In this document: positions 10,801 to 21,018 of the stretch, piece by piece
Numbering within the stretch: the first letter of the stretch is position 1
Layout of the letters: the number at the start of each line of letters is the position of its first letter
Source of the DNA: an uncultured Methanosarcinaceae archaeon
GTDB taxonomy: Archaea; Halobacteriota; Methanosarcinia; Methanosarcinales; Methanosarcinaceae
Assembly (NCBI GenBank): GCA_963847185.1
Contig: CAWJYV010000010.1
Span: 192,001 to 256,000, forward strand
Direction: 5' to 3'
DNA: 64,000 nt
The notes under the pieces: model-generated
Told to the model about the DNA's origin: nothing
Seen by the model: only the letters and a program-made list of their open reading frames with translations
The model's database searches: none
Program-made: the position numbers and the translations under genes

Positions 10801-12318
10801 ATGGACCACGATCATACCTCTGACTCTCAAATCGACTGGCAATATGCTGAAGAATGTAGCAGGGGGAGCTGCGACTTAAAAGAGCTTACAAGAAGCATTG
10901 ATTGGAAACAGGGACTTGCAATTGCCCTCGGTGTTCCTTTACTGATTCTGCCTTCAATAGGTTACTTTACAAACTATGTCTGGGCTTTTTCAATAATTGT
11001 CTGGGGCCTGACAATTCTACTTGGCTTTTTCCAGAACCTTGCATTCGGAGAACTTGCAACTGTCTTTCCAAAAGCTTCAGGGCTTCCTGGTTATACCCAG
11101 ACGGTCTTTGGTTCAAATTCCAATAAAAACAATCAAGGGAAATTCAAATTCGGAAAATTTATAGGTGGCTTCAGTGCCTGAAGCTACTGGTTTGGCTGGA
11201 GCCCTGTGCTTGCAATCTATGCAATCCTGATAGGAAGCTACATTAAAGGCCTTGTCCCGTCTTTTGCCGATTTTCCGGATACCCTGCTCTCCTTGATTGT
11301 CGGAGCCGTAATTTTCGGATCTCTTGCAGTTATAAACTCAAAAGGGCTGAAGAACGGAGCAAGAGCCGGATACTTCCTGGCTGTGATCTCGCTTATCCCA
11401 CTTATAGTTATTACCATTGCGCCTTTCCTTACAGGAGATTTCCACCTTGTCAATATAACGGGTTCCTGGTTCCCTGCGGACTGGACCTGGGATTTGGAAC
11501 ATATCTTAATTCTCTTTGGAATATTTGCAATGGCGGAATGGAGCGCCTGTTCCTGGGAGACTGCAGCAATTTACGGGCCCGAGTATAAGAATCCAGATAC
11601 CGATACTCCAAAAGCCCTGCTGGTATGCGGAGTAATATGCCTTGTGCTCTATTTACTTGTCCAGACATCAATAATCGGCACTCTCGGAGTTGAAGGAGTA
11701 CTTTCAGAACCTATATCCCCTATGCTTCCGGTTGCTAATCTTACACTTGGCACGCTTGGAGCTTCAATTGCGATCGTTATGCTTGTCGGAGCAATGCTTC
11801 TCATTATCCAGACTGCATTTCTCTCCTCTGCAAGATCAATATATTCAATGTCAGCCGAAGGTAATCTGCCTTCATTCCTGAGTAAACTGAACTCTCACGG
11901 GCATCCGATGAATGCAATGATTGCAGACGCCCTGTTTAACATGTGCCTGATCCTTTTAGGGACCCCGACTGCAATTCTTGCAGCTTCTGCAATAGGATAT
12001 ATCTTTGCAAACGGAATAAGCCTCTATACCTATGTCAAGGTTAGAAATGACCCTGAACTCTCAAAATTGAAAAGACCTTTCAAAGCTCCTGATGGCTGGC
12101 AAACCGTAGCAATGCTAACTGCAATATTGAATATTCCTTTCTTCCTTGTAGGTATTATCTACCTTAACAGCCTCGAACTGGGCTGGGCTACGACAGGTGT
12201 CGGCTTCTTCGTACTCTGTCTCTATATTCCACTCTGGTTCTATTCCCAGAGAGAAGCAAAAAAAGTAACAGAAGCAAAGAAAGAAAAAGCTGCAGAAAAA
12301 GATGTAGCTCTGAATTAA
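10801..12318 (+). pseudogene. mtbP: APC-family (di)methylamine permease interrupted by one in-frame TGA at 11179-11181
   Basis: ORFs 10801-11181 and 11206-12318 share a frame: GGFSA-TGA-SYWFGWSPVLAI; multi-TM APC motifs (FGELATVFP, ETAAIYGPEYKNP). Confidence 0.75.
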
Positions 12319-12390
12319 TTTTCAGCATGAGTTCCAGAATATAGTTGCCTGGAACAAAGATATAATCAGCAAAAATCAACAAGAAGAAGT

Positions 12391-12440
12391 TCCGGAACAC
12401 TACAGTTCCGGTTTTTTCTTTTTGTTTTTCCTTTTCAAGT
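12391..12440 (+). terminator. Hairpin plus T-tract after the permease
   Basis: CCGGAAC-ACTACA-GTTCCGG followed by long T runs. Confidence 0.55.
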
Positions 12441-12517
12441 CTTAATTCTACTTTATTTTTCCAGTCTTAAGGCAAAAGTTAAAGGGTTAAGAGTTAAAAG
12501 AAAGAAGAAAAGGAAAG

Positions 12518-13825
12518 TTATTCCAGCATCCATCTCCATACTGATTTAACCATTATTTTTTTCTTCCCGCCCTCGCCTTCAATTTCCAGAATTTCGTCGT
12601 CGTCCATAGTTAGAATAAGCCCTTCGGAAAGCCCATAGTTTTCCATAGCTTCCATAAGTCCGAGAATTTCCCTCTCCCTGGATGTCGGGGTTCCAAAGTA
12701 GATTGAGACCTGAATTGCAGCCGAAACTTCCTGGCTGTCTTTTTCCTTGATAAGAAAGTCGCATTCCCTCTGACCCTGGAAATAGAATACCTGTTTTTCC
12801 TGCCTGAGCAGTTCAAGAAATACAAGGTTTTCAAATCTCAGTCCAAGGCTGTCAGGATAATTGGGATATACCGCCTTAAAGAAACCCGTATCTCCTGTAT
12901 AAACTTTACAGGGAATTTCTGCTTTTTCTTCACTTATAGGAAGGTGATTGAGTTTAGGAACCCGGTAAAGAAGAAAAATGTCTTCCAGATAATTCATATA
13001 GCTGCGGATAGTTTCTTCATTTTCGATTCCACTTACCTTTTTTAAAGTATCAAAAGAGTATTCCGAGGCCATATTCGAGATAAGGAATATGGCAAGTTTT
13101 TTTAATTCACTGCTGTCCTGGATGTTATTTCCTGCAGCAGTTCCTTGCCGCAGAATTTCCCCAAAATATTTCTGAACAAGCCTGATATCCCCGTTCTTGA
13201 TTACAGCCGGAAAGCCACCATTTTCAAAGTACTGCAGGAACATGCATAGCATTTCATCACATCGAGAAGGAGTAAGAAAGTTTGGTTTTGGTATTCTGGC
13301 ACCTTTCAGGAGAAGGTATTCTTTGAAAGAGAAGGGAAGAAGCTTTAAAATTTTGCTTTTACCTTCAAACCTGGAAGAATAATCTCCTGCTTGCAGAATT
13401 GAACTAGAAGAAGTTATGAAAATGCCTGTCGCCTGCCTGTATAGCTTTTCAACCCAGTTATCCCAGCCAGGGACATTCTGTATTTCATCTAAAAAATAGT
13501 AAGTCTTTGCTTTTTCGTTTATTTCGTTTCTCTCAAGTTCCTCTTTGTAAATTTCGGCTGCAACCTCCTCGATGATCTGGAAACCTTCCTTGCCTGATTC
13601 CTGAATTTTGTTATCATCAAAATTAATATAAATTTTTACACCCTGCAGCCCGGCGGCAAGCTGGCTCAGGAGGGAGGTTTTGCCTGCACGTAGAGACCCG
13701 GAAATAAATGTGATTTCATTTTTTTCCAGACAGGCAGGAAGAGAAATACGGGAAGTTAAATCGGAGGAATTTTGAAAAAGAGTTTGATGAGTTCGCATCA
13801 GGGGGAGAAGTTCAGATTCTTGCAT
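12518..13825 (-). CDS. AAA+ ATP-binding protein (AAA_14/DUF4143 type)
   Basis: Walker A GSLRAGKT, Walker B YFLDEIQ, GGFP, FENLVFLEL, ECDF nuclease-like tail. Confidence 0.88.
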   Translation of the reverse strand: MQESELLPLMRTHQTLFQNSSDLTSRISLPACLEKNEITFISGSLRAGKTSLLSQLAAGLQGVKIYINFDDNKIQESGKEGFQIIEEVAAEIYKEELERNEINEKAKTYYFLDEIQNVPGWDNWVEKLYRQATGIFITSSSSILQAGDYSSRFEGKSKILKLLPFSFKEYLLLKGARIPKPNFLTPSRCDEMLCMFLQYFENGGFPAVIKNGDIRLVQKYFGEILRQGTAAGNNIQDSSELKKLAIFLISNMASEYSFDTLKKVSGIENEETIRSYMNYLEDIFLLYRVPKLNHLPISEEKAEIPCKVYTGDTGFFKAVYPNYPDSLGLRFENLVFLELLRQEKQVFYFQGQRECDFLIKEKDSQEVSAAIQVSIYFGTPTSREREILGLMEAMENYGLSEGLILTMDDDEILEIEGEGGKKKIMVKSVWRWMLE

Positions 13826-14121
13826 ATTATCGAAATAATTTGTGAGTTTAGACTATATAGTTATTCTGGCACAAATAAAAATTTTTAGTGGATAGTAGAC
13901 CCTGATCGACCAGATATAAAAAACTATTGCAGATTACTAATCCACATTTTCGGGAACGCAAGGGACTCCATTGTAATATTCAGTATAATTTAACATCAAT
14001 AAAAATAGGCCTGAACGAATTTTACAGAAACATATAAATAAAGGAGTAAATATAATCTCTAGGAAAAAATAAGGGCACATTAGCTACCTGAGATTATATA
14101 ATTCTAAAAACTATCAGGGAC

Positions 14122-14319
14122 TTAGTCTTTTTTTGGCTCATAAACTGTTTTCTTTTTTCCGCATCTTGAGCATACAAAATACTTTTCTTTTACATTTGAA
14201 GAATATATGTTCAAACCACCACTTCTCTCCCATTTATGAAATCCAAAGAAGCACAAAATTCCTCTCCTTTTACTTTTTCCACAAATACGAAATGGAGCCC
14301 TATAATTCAATGATTTCAC
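14122..14319 (-). CDS. Small Cys/His zinc-ribbon-like protein (DUF1660-like)
   Basis: LCFFGFHKW...CSRCGK pattern; GTG start. Confidence 0.55.
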   Translation of the reverse strand: MKSLNYRAPFRICGKSKRRGILCFFGFHKWERSGGLNIYSSNVKEKYFVCSRCGKKKTVYEPKKD

Positions 14320-14336
14320 CGCTTTTGATAATTACG

Positions 14337-14455
14337 GAGCTTATCCCTAAACAGGTTCTGATTCCATAGTAAAAGTTTCGGAGCTGTTTTTGTAATCAGA
14401 AACTCGATTTGTTATTAATAATTTGAGATTCAGAGAACTAATTTTGGGTTTAAAT
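14337..14455. mobile_element. MITE-like element, diverged copy
   Basis: Left end GAGCTTATCCCTAAA; internal similarity to 50555-50684 and 53896-54028. Confidence 0.5.
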
Positions 14456-14505
14456 ATTAGCTTATTAAATGATAAAGTGATTATTGAATTACTCAATCAC
14501 TCAGT

Positions 14506-15129
14506 TTAATCAGTTTGCATAGCTATAACAGTTTCATTTACTACAGCTCTGTCTCCCTGGAGCTCATTTCCAGAATAAGGGTCAAATAACATGGTATAGT
14601 TGACATAAGCAACTTCACCAGGCAATAACATATCCCCATTGTTAACTTTAACCAGACCAGCCCTGTTTAAGTCATCAAGATCAATGTACGTATTTCCGTT
14701 AGTATTACTGTAGAGATTAATGATGTTAACATTATTATATTTAATTTCAGTTATCTGGATCCATTTACTAATGTCAGTTTCCCCTCTCCTGGTACCTGGT
14801 TCGTTAGTTATCCCACTGTTAATTTCATCATCCCTTTCAGCATCCGTGTCGTCACTGATCTCCTGGTCGGTAACATCAACTTCCAAATAAACATCTTTTG
14901 CTACTACAGATCTGATATTTTCGACATCAATTGATTCTGTCCTGTACGCGCCTGGAGGAACATTCTGAAAGTTAAAACTATGAGAAATACTAATATCCAG
15001 AGTTCCTGCAATAAGTGAATTATCATTACTCGTTTCTGTATCAATAAAATATGCCCACGTTCCGGCACCTGCCAGAATTATAGCTGTGCCTATCATGAAT
15101 AAGCTTAAAATCAATTTTCTATTTTCCAT
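14506..15129 (-). CDS. TasA/CalY-family protein with SipW-type signal peptide
   Basis: GAGTWAYFIDTETSNDNSLIAGTLD signature; C-terminal GNELQGD motif. Confidence 0.88.
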   Translation of the reverse strand: MENRKLILSLFMIGTAIILAGAGTWAYFIDTETSNDNSLIAGTLDISISHSFNFQNVPPGAYRTESIDVENIRSVVAKDVYLEVDVTDQEISDDTDAERDDEINSGITNEPGTRRGETDISKWIQITEIKYNNVNIINLYSNTNGNTYIDLDDLNRAGLVKVNNGDMLLPGEVAYVNYTMLFDPYSGNELQGDRAVVNETVIAMQTD

Positions 15130-15291
15130 CTCATATACCTTCTCTCTTACGCACCTGAATTTAGATTAATTGAATCGTAAAGATAAAATTGCCTGATTTT
15201 TCGTTCTTTATATTTGATGCATACTAGATCTGGCTGAGAACATCCAGATTTTTAGGAGTTGATTTTATAGTCCAAAGAACAGGTTATTTGA

Positions 15292-16332
15292 CTATTTTTC
15301 AAAAGTAGTATCAAAATAAATATACAATATATCATTATGGACAAAGAAATATCTGCAGGTTTCTGCGTCGTGAATTACTCGTTCATTCATATCAACAGCG
15401 GCGTCGACAAGATCCTGTAATGAATGAATATCAATTTGCACAAGGAAATTTCTATCTGGAAGTTTGCCTTTACTAATAAATTCTTTAAATGGCGAATATT
15501 TTTGTTCTTTTTCCAGTTTTTCTATATACTCCTGGTCAACTTTGCTCATTCTCATACAGAAAAATAGCATCCCTACCATAACTGTACTGAAAAGGAACAG
15601 AAATAGAGGGGATCTAACAGCTGGTAATGAAAGATTTTTGTGTACTCTAAATTTTTTATACGTTTCATTAACTTCGTTAAACTCCAGTTCTTCAGGTATC
15701 TGATAATACGAAGGACCAATGATTAGTGGAATAGCAAAATTTGTTTCCCCATTAACATCCTCCCAATTTATTTTTCCTTCATAGTTGACCTGAGTGACAA
15801 TTTCTACCGTTGTGTCTTGAGAATATTGCAACTGATCCTGCACTTTTCTGATTTTTTCCTGTATCTCAGGCACATCAAGGGAAAAGTTGTGAACAAGTAC
15901 CACTTTGTCTTTAATGTCAACAGCATCAATATGTTTCAATGGGAACTTTTTCTGCCAGAAAATTGTTTTGTTTTCCCCTGACCCTTCATGACTGGTTGCA
16001 ACAATCATTGTTTTTCGCTCTACGCTGAGGTCAGCTGAATCGGAAGCATTGAAGGCGTACGTGAATGAGAAGTCGAGAGTAGGAGATACGGCAAAGAAAT
16101 ATGCTGGTTTCCCCATTTCTAATATTGTTCCTTTAGGATAGAGAGGATTTATCTCTGTCACCGGGACCGTATATGTATAATTGCCGCGTTGTGCATATGA
16201 AGAAACCAGTTGCTCCTGGTCTTCGTACGCAGTTTCTCTATATATCCCATAAGTCCAGAAACTAGAAAAGATTGCTATCACTACGAGTAAAAAAATAAGT
16301 ATTTTAGCCCTGGATATCAGGAGATTTTTCAA
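15292..16332 (-). CDS. DUF5305-like membrane protein
   Basis: N-terminal TM, GKPAYFF extracellular domain, second TM, SLQDLVDAAVDMNERVIHD C-terminal motif. Confidence 0.75.
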   Translation of the reverse strand: MKNLLISRAKILIFLLVVIAIFSSFWTYGIYRETAYEDQEQLVSSYAQRGNYTYTVPVTEINPLYPKGTILEMGKPAYFFAVSPTLDFSFTYAFNASDSADLSVERKTMIVATSHEGSGENKTIFWQKKFPLKHIDAVDIKDKVVLVHNFSLDVPEIQEKIRKVQDQLQYSQDTTVEIVTQVNYEGKINWEDVNGETNFAIPLIIGPSYYQIPEELEFNEVNETYKKFRVHKNLSLPAVRSPLFLFLFSTVMVGMLFFCMRMSKVDQEYIEKLEKEQKYSPFKEFISKGKLPDRNFLVQIDIHSLQDLVDAAVDMNERVIHDAETCRYFFVHNDILYIYFDTTFEK

Positions 16333-16519
16333 TTTAAGAAACGCTATTTCAAGCGTTTTAGTCGCCCCCTCATCTAAATTCAGCTTTTAATATGTATGCA
16401 TGTTCAGATATATAATTTTTTAGACAGTTGTTGGCACGTATTATATTAGTTAGTTTTTATATGAAAGAGATAGGAAATAAAGTTAAAGATAATCTCATTA
16501 GAAGAAATCCTTCGTGATT

Positions 16520-17548
16520 TTATTCCAATGAAGTGCTTTTTTCAACTGTATAAACAAATTGTAAAGTTTTGGTTCTTTTCACTTTCCTGCCAATTACTGT
16601 TCTCCGATACCACAAGGGAAAAAGAAATAGGGTAAAAAGGAAGGTGTAAAATACAACTTCGGCAACCGCAGGAAGATAAGGGTTTAATTCTGCCAGTAAG
16701 ATTATCCAGAAAACCGGCAGAATATAAGGCACCGAACTTATCGTTGCAGGGGTGCTTTCTGGAGCAGTGACATGAGTATCACTGTTCCGGGGAATAACTG
16801 CATACCAGGGTTCAACAGAAAGTCTATGCCCGGAATCTTTCAATGTAAGTACATATACAGAAGGAAGAAAACCCGAGTTTTCTATTGTATTTTCTCTTTG
16901 AAGAATTGTAGGCCCATTTTCACCCAAATTATCTATGACAACCCCTGTGAAAAAAAATCCACTTGTTAAAATGACAGCAGCAAGGATTTTTATCCGTATC
17001 GAATAAAAAGTACGTTTTGAGACCTTTTTATTCTTACATTCGATTTTGCGGGCATGGATAGGGTTGGAATAATTGAAAGCTCCCTTAATTTCATCCAGTA
17101 TTATGATGGCTGCAGGAATTATGATTGTAAATAAAAAAATTGTCTTATTTTTTGAGGCTTCAGGCAGATATCCTGCAAAAGGAATTAAAAAAACCAGTTT
17201 TCCAGCTACATCAGATGCTGGAACTTCAAAAAGATCTTCCTCCTCATTTGCATCTCCTTTTGTCTTGAAAACTCGTTCTTCACCTTCTTTAATGTTGATA
17301 ATTCTGTGTGTGACGAATGTATCTTTGCCCCCGGGATCTTTGAAAGCTATTACTTCCCCGACAGTAAGTTCATCTGGACTGATGGCTTCCACAATAATCA
17401 GATCTCCAACCAGCATCAAAGGTGTCATACTCCCACTCAATACGACCAGAGCTCTCTCTGATCCTGTCACGAATGGTATTAAGGTGCTGATCAGGAGTAT
17501 TACAATTAAAGACGCAGTCGCTGTATGAACAGTTTCTTTTTTCTCCAT
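16520..17548 (-). CDS. sipW: Signal peptidase I, SipW/archaeal type, with C-terminal membrane extension
   Basis: VLSGSMTP (Ser), GDLI, VTHRI (His), KTKGDAN motifs. Confidence 0.88.
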   Translation of the reverse strand: MEKKETVHTATASLIVILLISTLIPFVTGSERALVVLSGSMTPLMLVGDLIIVEAISPDELTVGEVIAFKDPGGKDTFVTHRIINIKEGEERVFKTKGDANEEEDLFEVPASDVAGKLVFLIPFAGYLPEASKNKTIFLFTIIIPAAIIILDEIKGAFNYSNPIHARKIECKNKKVSKRTFYSIRIKILAAVILTSGFFFTGVVIDNLGENGPTILQRENTIENSGFLPSVYVLTLKDSGHRLSVEPWYAVIPRNSDTHVTAPESTPATISSVPYILPVFWIILLAELNPYLPAVAEVVFYTFLFTLFLFPLWYRRTVIGRKVKRTKTLQFVYTVEKSTSLE

Positions 17549-17649
17549 GTCCCCCCCTCTACCAAACTTGTTACTTAATGCATCAATTTAAATTTCCACA
17601 ATAACCAAGAGTTTTTGAGTCTATTAATATTCATCAAAATCCATTTCTT

Positions 17650-18198
17650 CTACAAAGTTGCTGTATAATTCTCTACAGTAGACCCATCTCCCATCGTTAT
17701 ATTAACAGTGAACGGGAGATTATCCGAAACTGTATTATTAAAATAAAAAGATATAGTTGGATAGGAGTCTTTCATAAGCAAATAATTTGTCCCATCAATT
17801 ATGTCCCCAGAGAGTCTAATGTCCCCAGAGAGTTCACTGCCATTAAAAAAATCGTCATCACTTTCTATTCCTATTTTTGTTATACATCTGTCTTTGGAGG
17901 AGTTAATCCACGATACCTGAATTTTGTCAATAGTTACATTTCGAAATCCTGTAACTTCAAGTTCCAAAGAAGGTTTATAACTACTTGGTTTCCTATTCGG
18001 CCAGACTTTGCTGTCGGTTATTTCGAGAGAATCGGCTTCACTACCCCATATGCCTGCAGTAAGCATGTTTCCTGTATCATAATCCGAATCGGAAAAATAT
18101 GCTAACGTACTGATGTTTCTGGTGCATATACCATTTAATGATAAAGATGAAGTAAATAATATGCAAAGTAGTATGAATTTAGTTGTTTTCTTCATCAT
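17650..18198 (-). CDS. Secreted protein with SipW-type signal peptide
   Basis: TLAYFSDSDYDTGNMLTAG cleavage/N-terminal motif. Confidence 0.75.
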   Translation of the reverse strand: MMKKTTKFILLCILFTSSLSLNGICTRNISTLAYFSDSDYDTGNMLTAGIWGSEADSLEITDSKVWPNRKPSSYKPSLELEVTGFRNVTIDKIQVSWINSSKDRCITKIGIESDDDFFNGSELSGDIRLSGDIIDGTNYLLMKDSYPTISFYFNNTVSDNLPFTVNITMGDGSTVENYTATL

Positions 18199-18584
18199 TG
18201 TCTTTTCCCATTTCCCATAGATTTTTTTATTTCTTGAATTGACAAGATAACCGCTATATCAAACGAATCTTTCCTGTTCACTACTTGTAGCACAAAATAC
18301 TCGGGAATATGACCAAACTCAGTACTTGCATATACAGACGTCAGATTCATAGGTAACTTCCACATTTTTGTTAATCATTCTCAAAAAATATTAATAGTTT
18401 TACGAAACTGGTAAGTTTTAATTTAAATCATATTTATACCGGTGAATCTGAAGAAGCAAATAATACAAGCCTAATAACATACGCAGCTGAATGTAAAATA
18501 TTCAAATTTATTCTCAGATAAAAATAGTAAATTAAATAGTGAGTATTGACCCACTACTTATACTAGATATACTGATCCATATTA

Positions 18585-19238
18585 TTAATCTAGTTCTTCT
18601 TGTTCAAGCGTATATGTAACATCAAAGCTGACAGTGTCTCCTTGTATTGAATTACCAGTATCCCCTGGAACTCTCCACTTGAAATAGACATCGTATCGAG
18701 CACCGGAATCCATTAATATCAAGGCTTTATCAAAATCATCTCCGTCATAGGAATTTATTGTAGCATAGTAAGTTTCTGCGCTGGGAGATTCAGGAGCTGA
18801 GATAACAGTCCCATCAGATTTCAATATCATATCGTTTTGCGTAAATGTTCCCCCACCATCTACATCGATAAATACTAACATTTCTGCTTCCCCTCCGAGT
18901 TCCCCTGATCCACTTTCTTCATATTCAGTACCTCCTATGCCATTTGTATTTGTGATTGCGGAAAATGTGATATCCAGTTCTCCCTCCAGAGAACCAATAT
19001 TTCTGATTGTCTGATTTTCAGTACCAAAGTCCCCGGGAGCTACACCGTCGGGAAATGGATGTAAAGTTGTACCAACTACAAATGGAGCATTGGTCAAAGT
19101 AAGATCAATTGTTCCTGCAGTAAGAGTATTGTCGTTACTATATTCTGTATCCTGGAAGTATGCCCATGTTGCAGATCCTGCCAGAGCACAAATTATGCCT
19201 ATTATGAGCACACTCATAAATATTTTCTTGTTGAACAT
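18585..19238 (-). CDS. TasA/CalY-family protein with SipW-type signal peptide
   Basis: GSATWAYFQDTEYSNDNTLTAGTIDL; APGD..; GNSIQGD..SFDVTYTLEQ. Confidence 0.9.
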   Translation of the reverse strand: MFNKKIFMSVLIIGIICALAGSATWAYFQDTEYSNDNTLTAGTIDLTLTNAPFVVGTTLHPFPDGVAPGDFGTENQTIRNIGSLEGELDITFSAITNTNGIGGTEYEESGSGELGGEAEMLVFIDVDGGGTFTQNDMILKSDGTVISAPESPSAETYYATINSYDGDDFDKALILMDSGARYDVYFKWRVPGDTGNSIQGDTVSFDVTYTLEQEELD

Positions 19239-19938
19239 TTATTGATGCCTCTTTGAATTGTCAATATTTTTATTGTTGATACGCTGGCGATCATTAAAGC
19301 AAAAGAGAGGAAAGCAGAAAGAAAAGATTAGTAATGCATTGTGGATTATATGTACTTTGATGGATTTTTCTTCGACCTTCCTGTGGATTCCAAAAATATC
19401 AAAACAACTTTACTTACTGAAAGTTCTTTTAACACCAGCCATAAATTACCCCCTGTCACTTGAAAAAACGTATAAAGCCATAGTTTGTAAATAAATTTGC
19501 AGAGCAGATCTTAGATAACTTTGAAAAATTATTTAAAATTATTACAAATTTTTTTACATAGTAATTCACACGTAACTATTTAAATTTATTTAAGAAAGAA
19601 TAAACTTATTTAAGAATGAATAGTAACATAATGGCAATTGATGACTAGAAACATCTAAAAGCGCTTTATAAGTAACGAGTCTTGACATTAAAAGAGAATT
19701 CTCAAGGTTAAAATACGGTTTTTTTAGATCAAACCAAGTTACTTCATGATCTTACACGTTTCGTGGATTGATAATATTTCAAAATAATTGAATCCAAATT
19801 TTGCTTTTTCTTTCCGGTTTTTATCGCTGCCGAGATCAGCCTGCTATACAAACACATAAAGCAAGCAAAGGCCATATTAACGAATGTTATGAAAAAAACA
19901 ATTCACGTATTGGTGGACGACCGGCTCATTGTTAACTC

Positions 19939-20235
19939 TCATTTAATTTTCTTTACATTTTTGTCCTTTTTATACTGCTCTCTGAGTCTCCTGATTTCTT
20001 CTGCTTGATCTTTTAGTTTGAGTACGAAAAAACCGAAACAGGACTTTGTATATCGAAATATAATATTATTCCCTAAAAAGCCAACAGGAGAAGTCTTACC
20101 CAGGAGAGTGATATCCTTTATTTTGTACCCGCCAGGTACAAGGTACATATTCTCCGAATTATCCTCGATAAAACTCTCACACTCTTGAAGAGTAGTATTT
20201 TTTAAAAGGATTTCAAAATCATAGTCTTCAAGCAC
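19939..20235 (-). CDS. Conserved methanogen protein (DUF1894-like)
   Basis: YEILL-type N-terminus, PGGYKI, YTKSCFG. Confidence 0.6.
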   Translation of the reverse strand: MLEDYDFEILLKNTTLQECESFIEDNSENMYLVPGGYKIKDITLLGKTSPVGFLGNNIIFRYTKSCFGFFVLKLKDQAEEIRRLREQYKKDKNVKKIK

Positions 20236-20347
20236 ACTATCCCTTCCTTTTATGATACTTTTGCTGGATCAATCTATAAAAAAGAAGAACAGAGACAAAA
20301 ACAGAAAAACGATTGGAATAAGGGCAATAGGAGCTTAAACCCTTTAA

Positions 20348-20518
20348 TTATTCCATCAAGCGTGAACGGTACATAAATCTTTGACAACTTTCGTAGTCGC
20401 CTTTGCAGTACTTCGATATCAAGTCGGCAGGTAACTTACCCTTTTTTGGGGAAACTTCGCATGTACAGGATTCGTCATTGGAGTTGGGATTCACTGTTAT
20501 AAGATAAGAACAACACAT
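20348..20518 (-). CDS. Unannotated 56-aa Cys-rich protein
   Basis: MCCSYLITVNPNSNDESCTCEVSPKKGKLPADLISKYCKGDYESCQRFMYRSRLME; GAGGTG SD 6 nt upstream of ATG and a TATA-like element further upstream. Confidence 0.7.
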   Translation of the reverse strand: MCCSYLITVNPNSNDESCTCEVSPKKGKLPADLISKYCKGDYESCQRFMYRSRLME

Positions 20519-20658
20519 TCAAAACACCTCTAATATATTACCATCTGAATAATCCGTACATACATAAAACAATATCTCTGCCAGAGAGTTTACGGTTTTC
20601 AATAACTTGCACCACGACCTTAAAAGCTTAAGCGCTTAAAAAAGTGTAACATGGAAAA

Positions 20659-20958
20659 TTACAGCTTTTTATTGTATATGCTAATTTCAATTTCTTTTTC
20701 AAGACATTCGGAAAACAATGGAAATATTTCTTTAAAATGATTGGAGTTTATATGCTTATCGAGACTACTTTCATCGCGCCATTCTTCCAAAAAAGTAAGG
20801 ATTTCTGGGTTATTCGATTCCTGATAAAGCCCATATTCTATGCAGCCTTCTTCTTTTACTGTTTCATCAACAAGTTTTTTACACAAACCTATAAATTCTT
20901 GAATTTTTTCAGGTTTCACATAGCTTTTTGCAACAACTCTTATTGTCAATAAAACCAC
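20659..20958 (-). CDS. Putative quinol monooxygenase (ABM/YgiN family)
   Basis: EEGCIEY..FLEEW..HINSNHF. Confidence 0.85.
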   Translation of the reverse strand: MVLLTIRVVAKSYVKPEKIQEFIGLCKKLVDETVKEEGCIEYGLYQESNNPEILTFLEEWRDESSLDKHINSNHFKEIFPLFSECLEKEIEISIYNKKL

Positions 20959-21018
20959 CAGCTTCTTAATTCTTAATTAACTTGTTTTACTAAAATTTCC
21001 AACTTTTCTTATCTCTAT

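Noticed and set aside
11179-11181. Selenocysteine codon in the permease
   Set aside because: Context suggests a Trp position in a membrane segment, no SECIS-like element was recognised, and Methanosarcina are not known to use Sec
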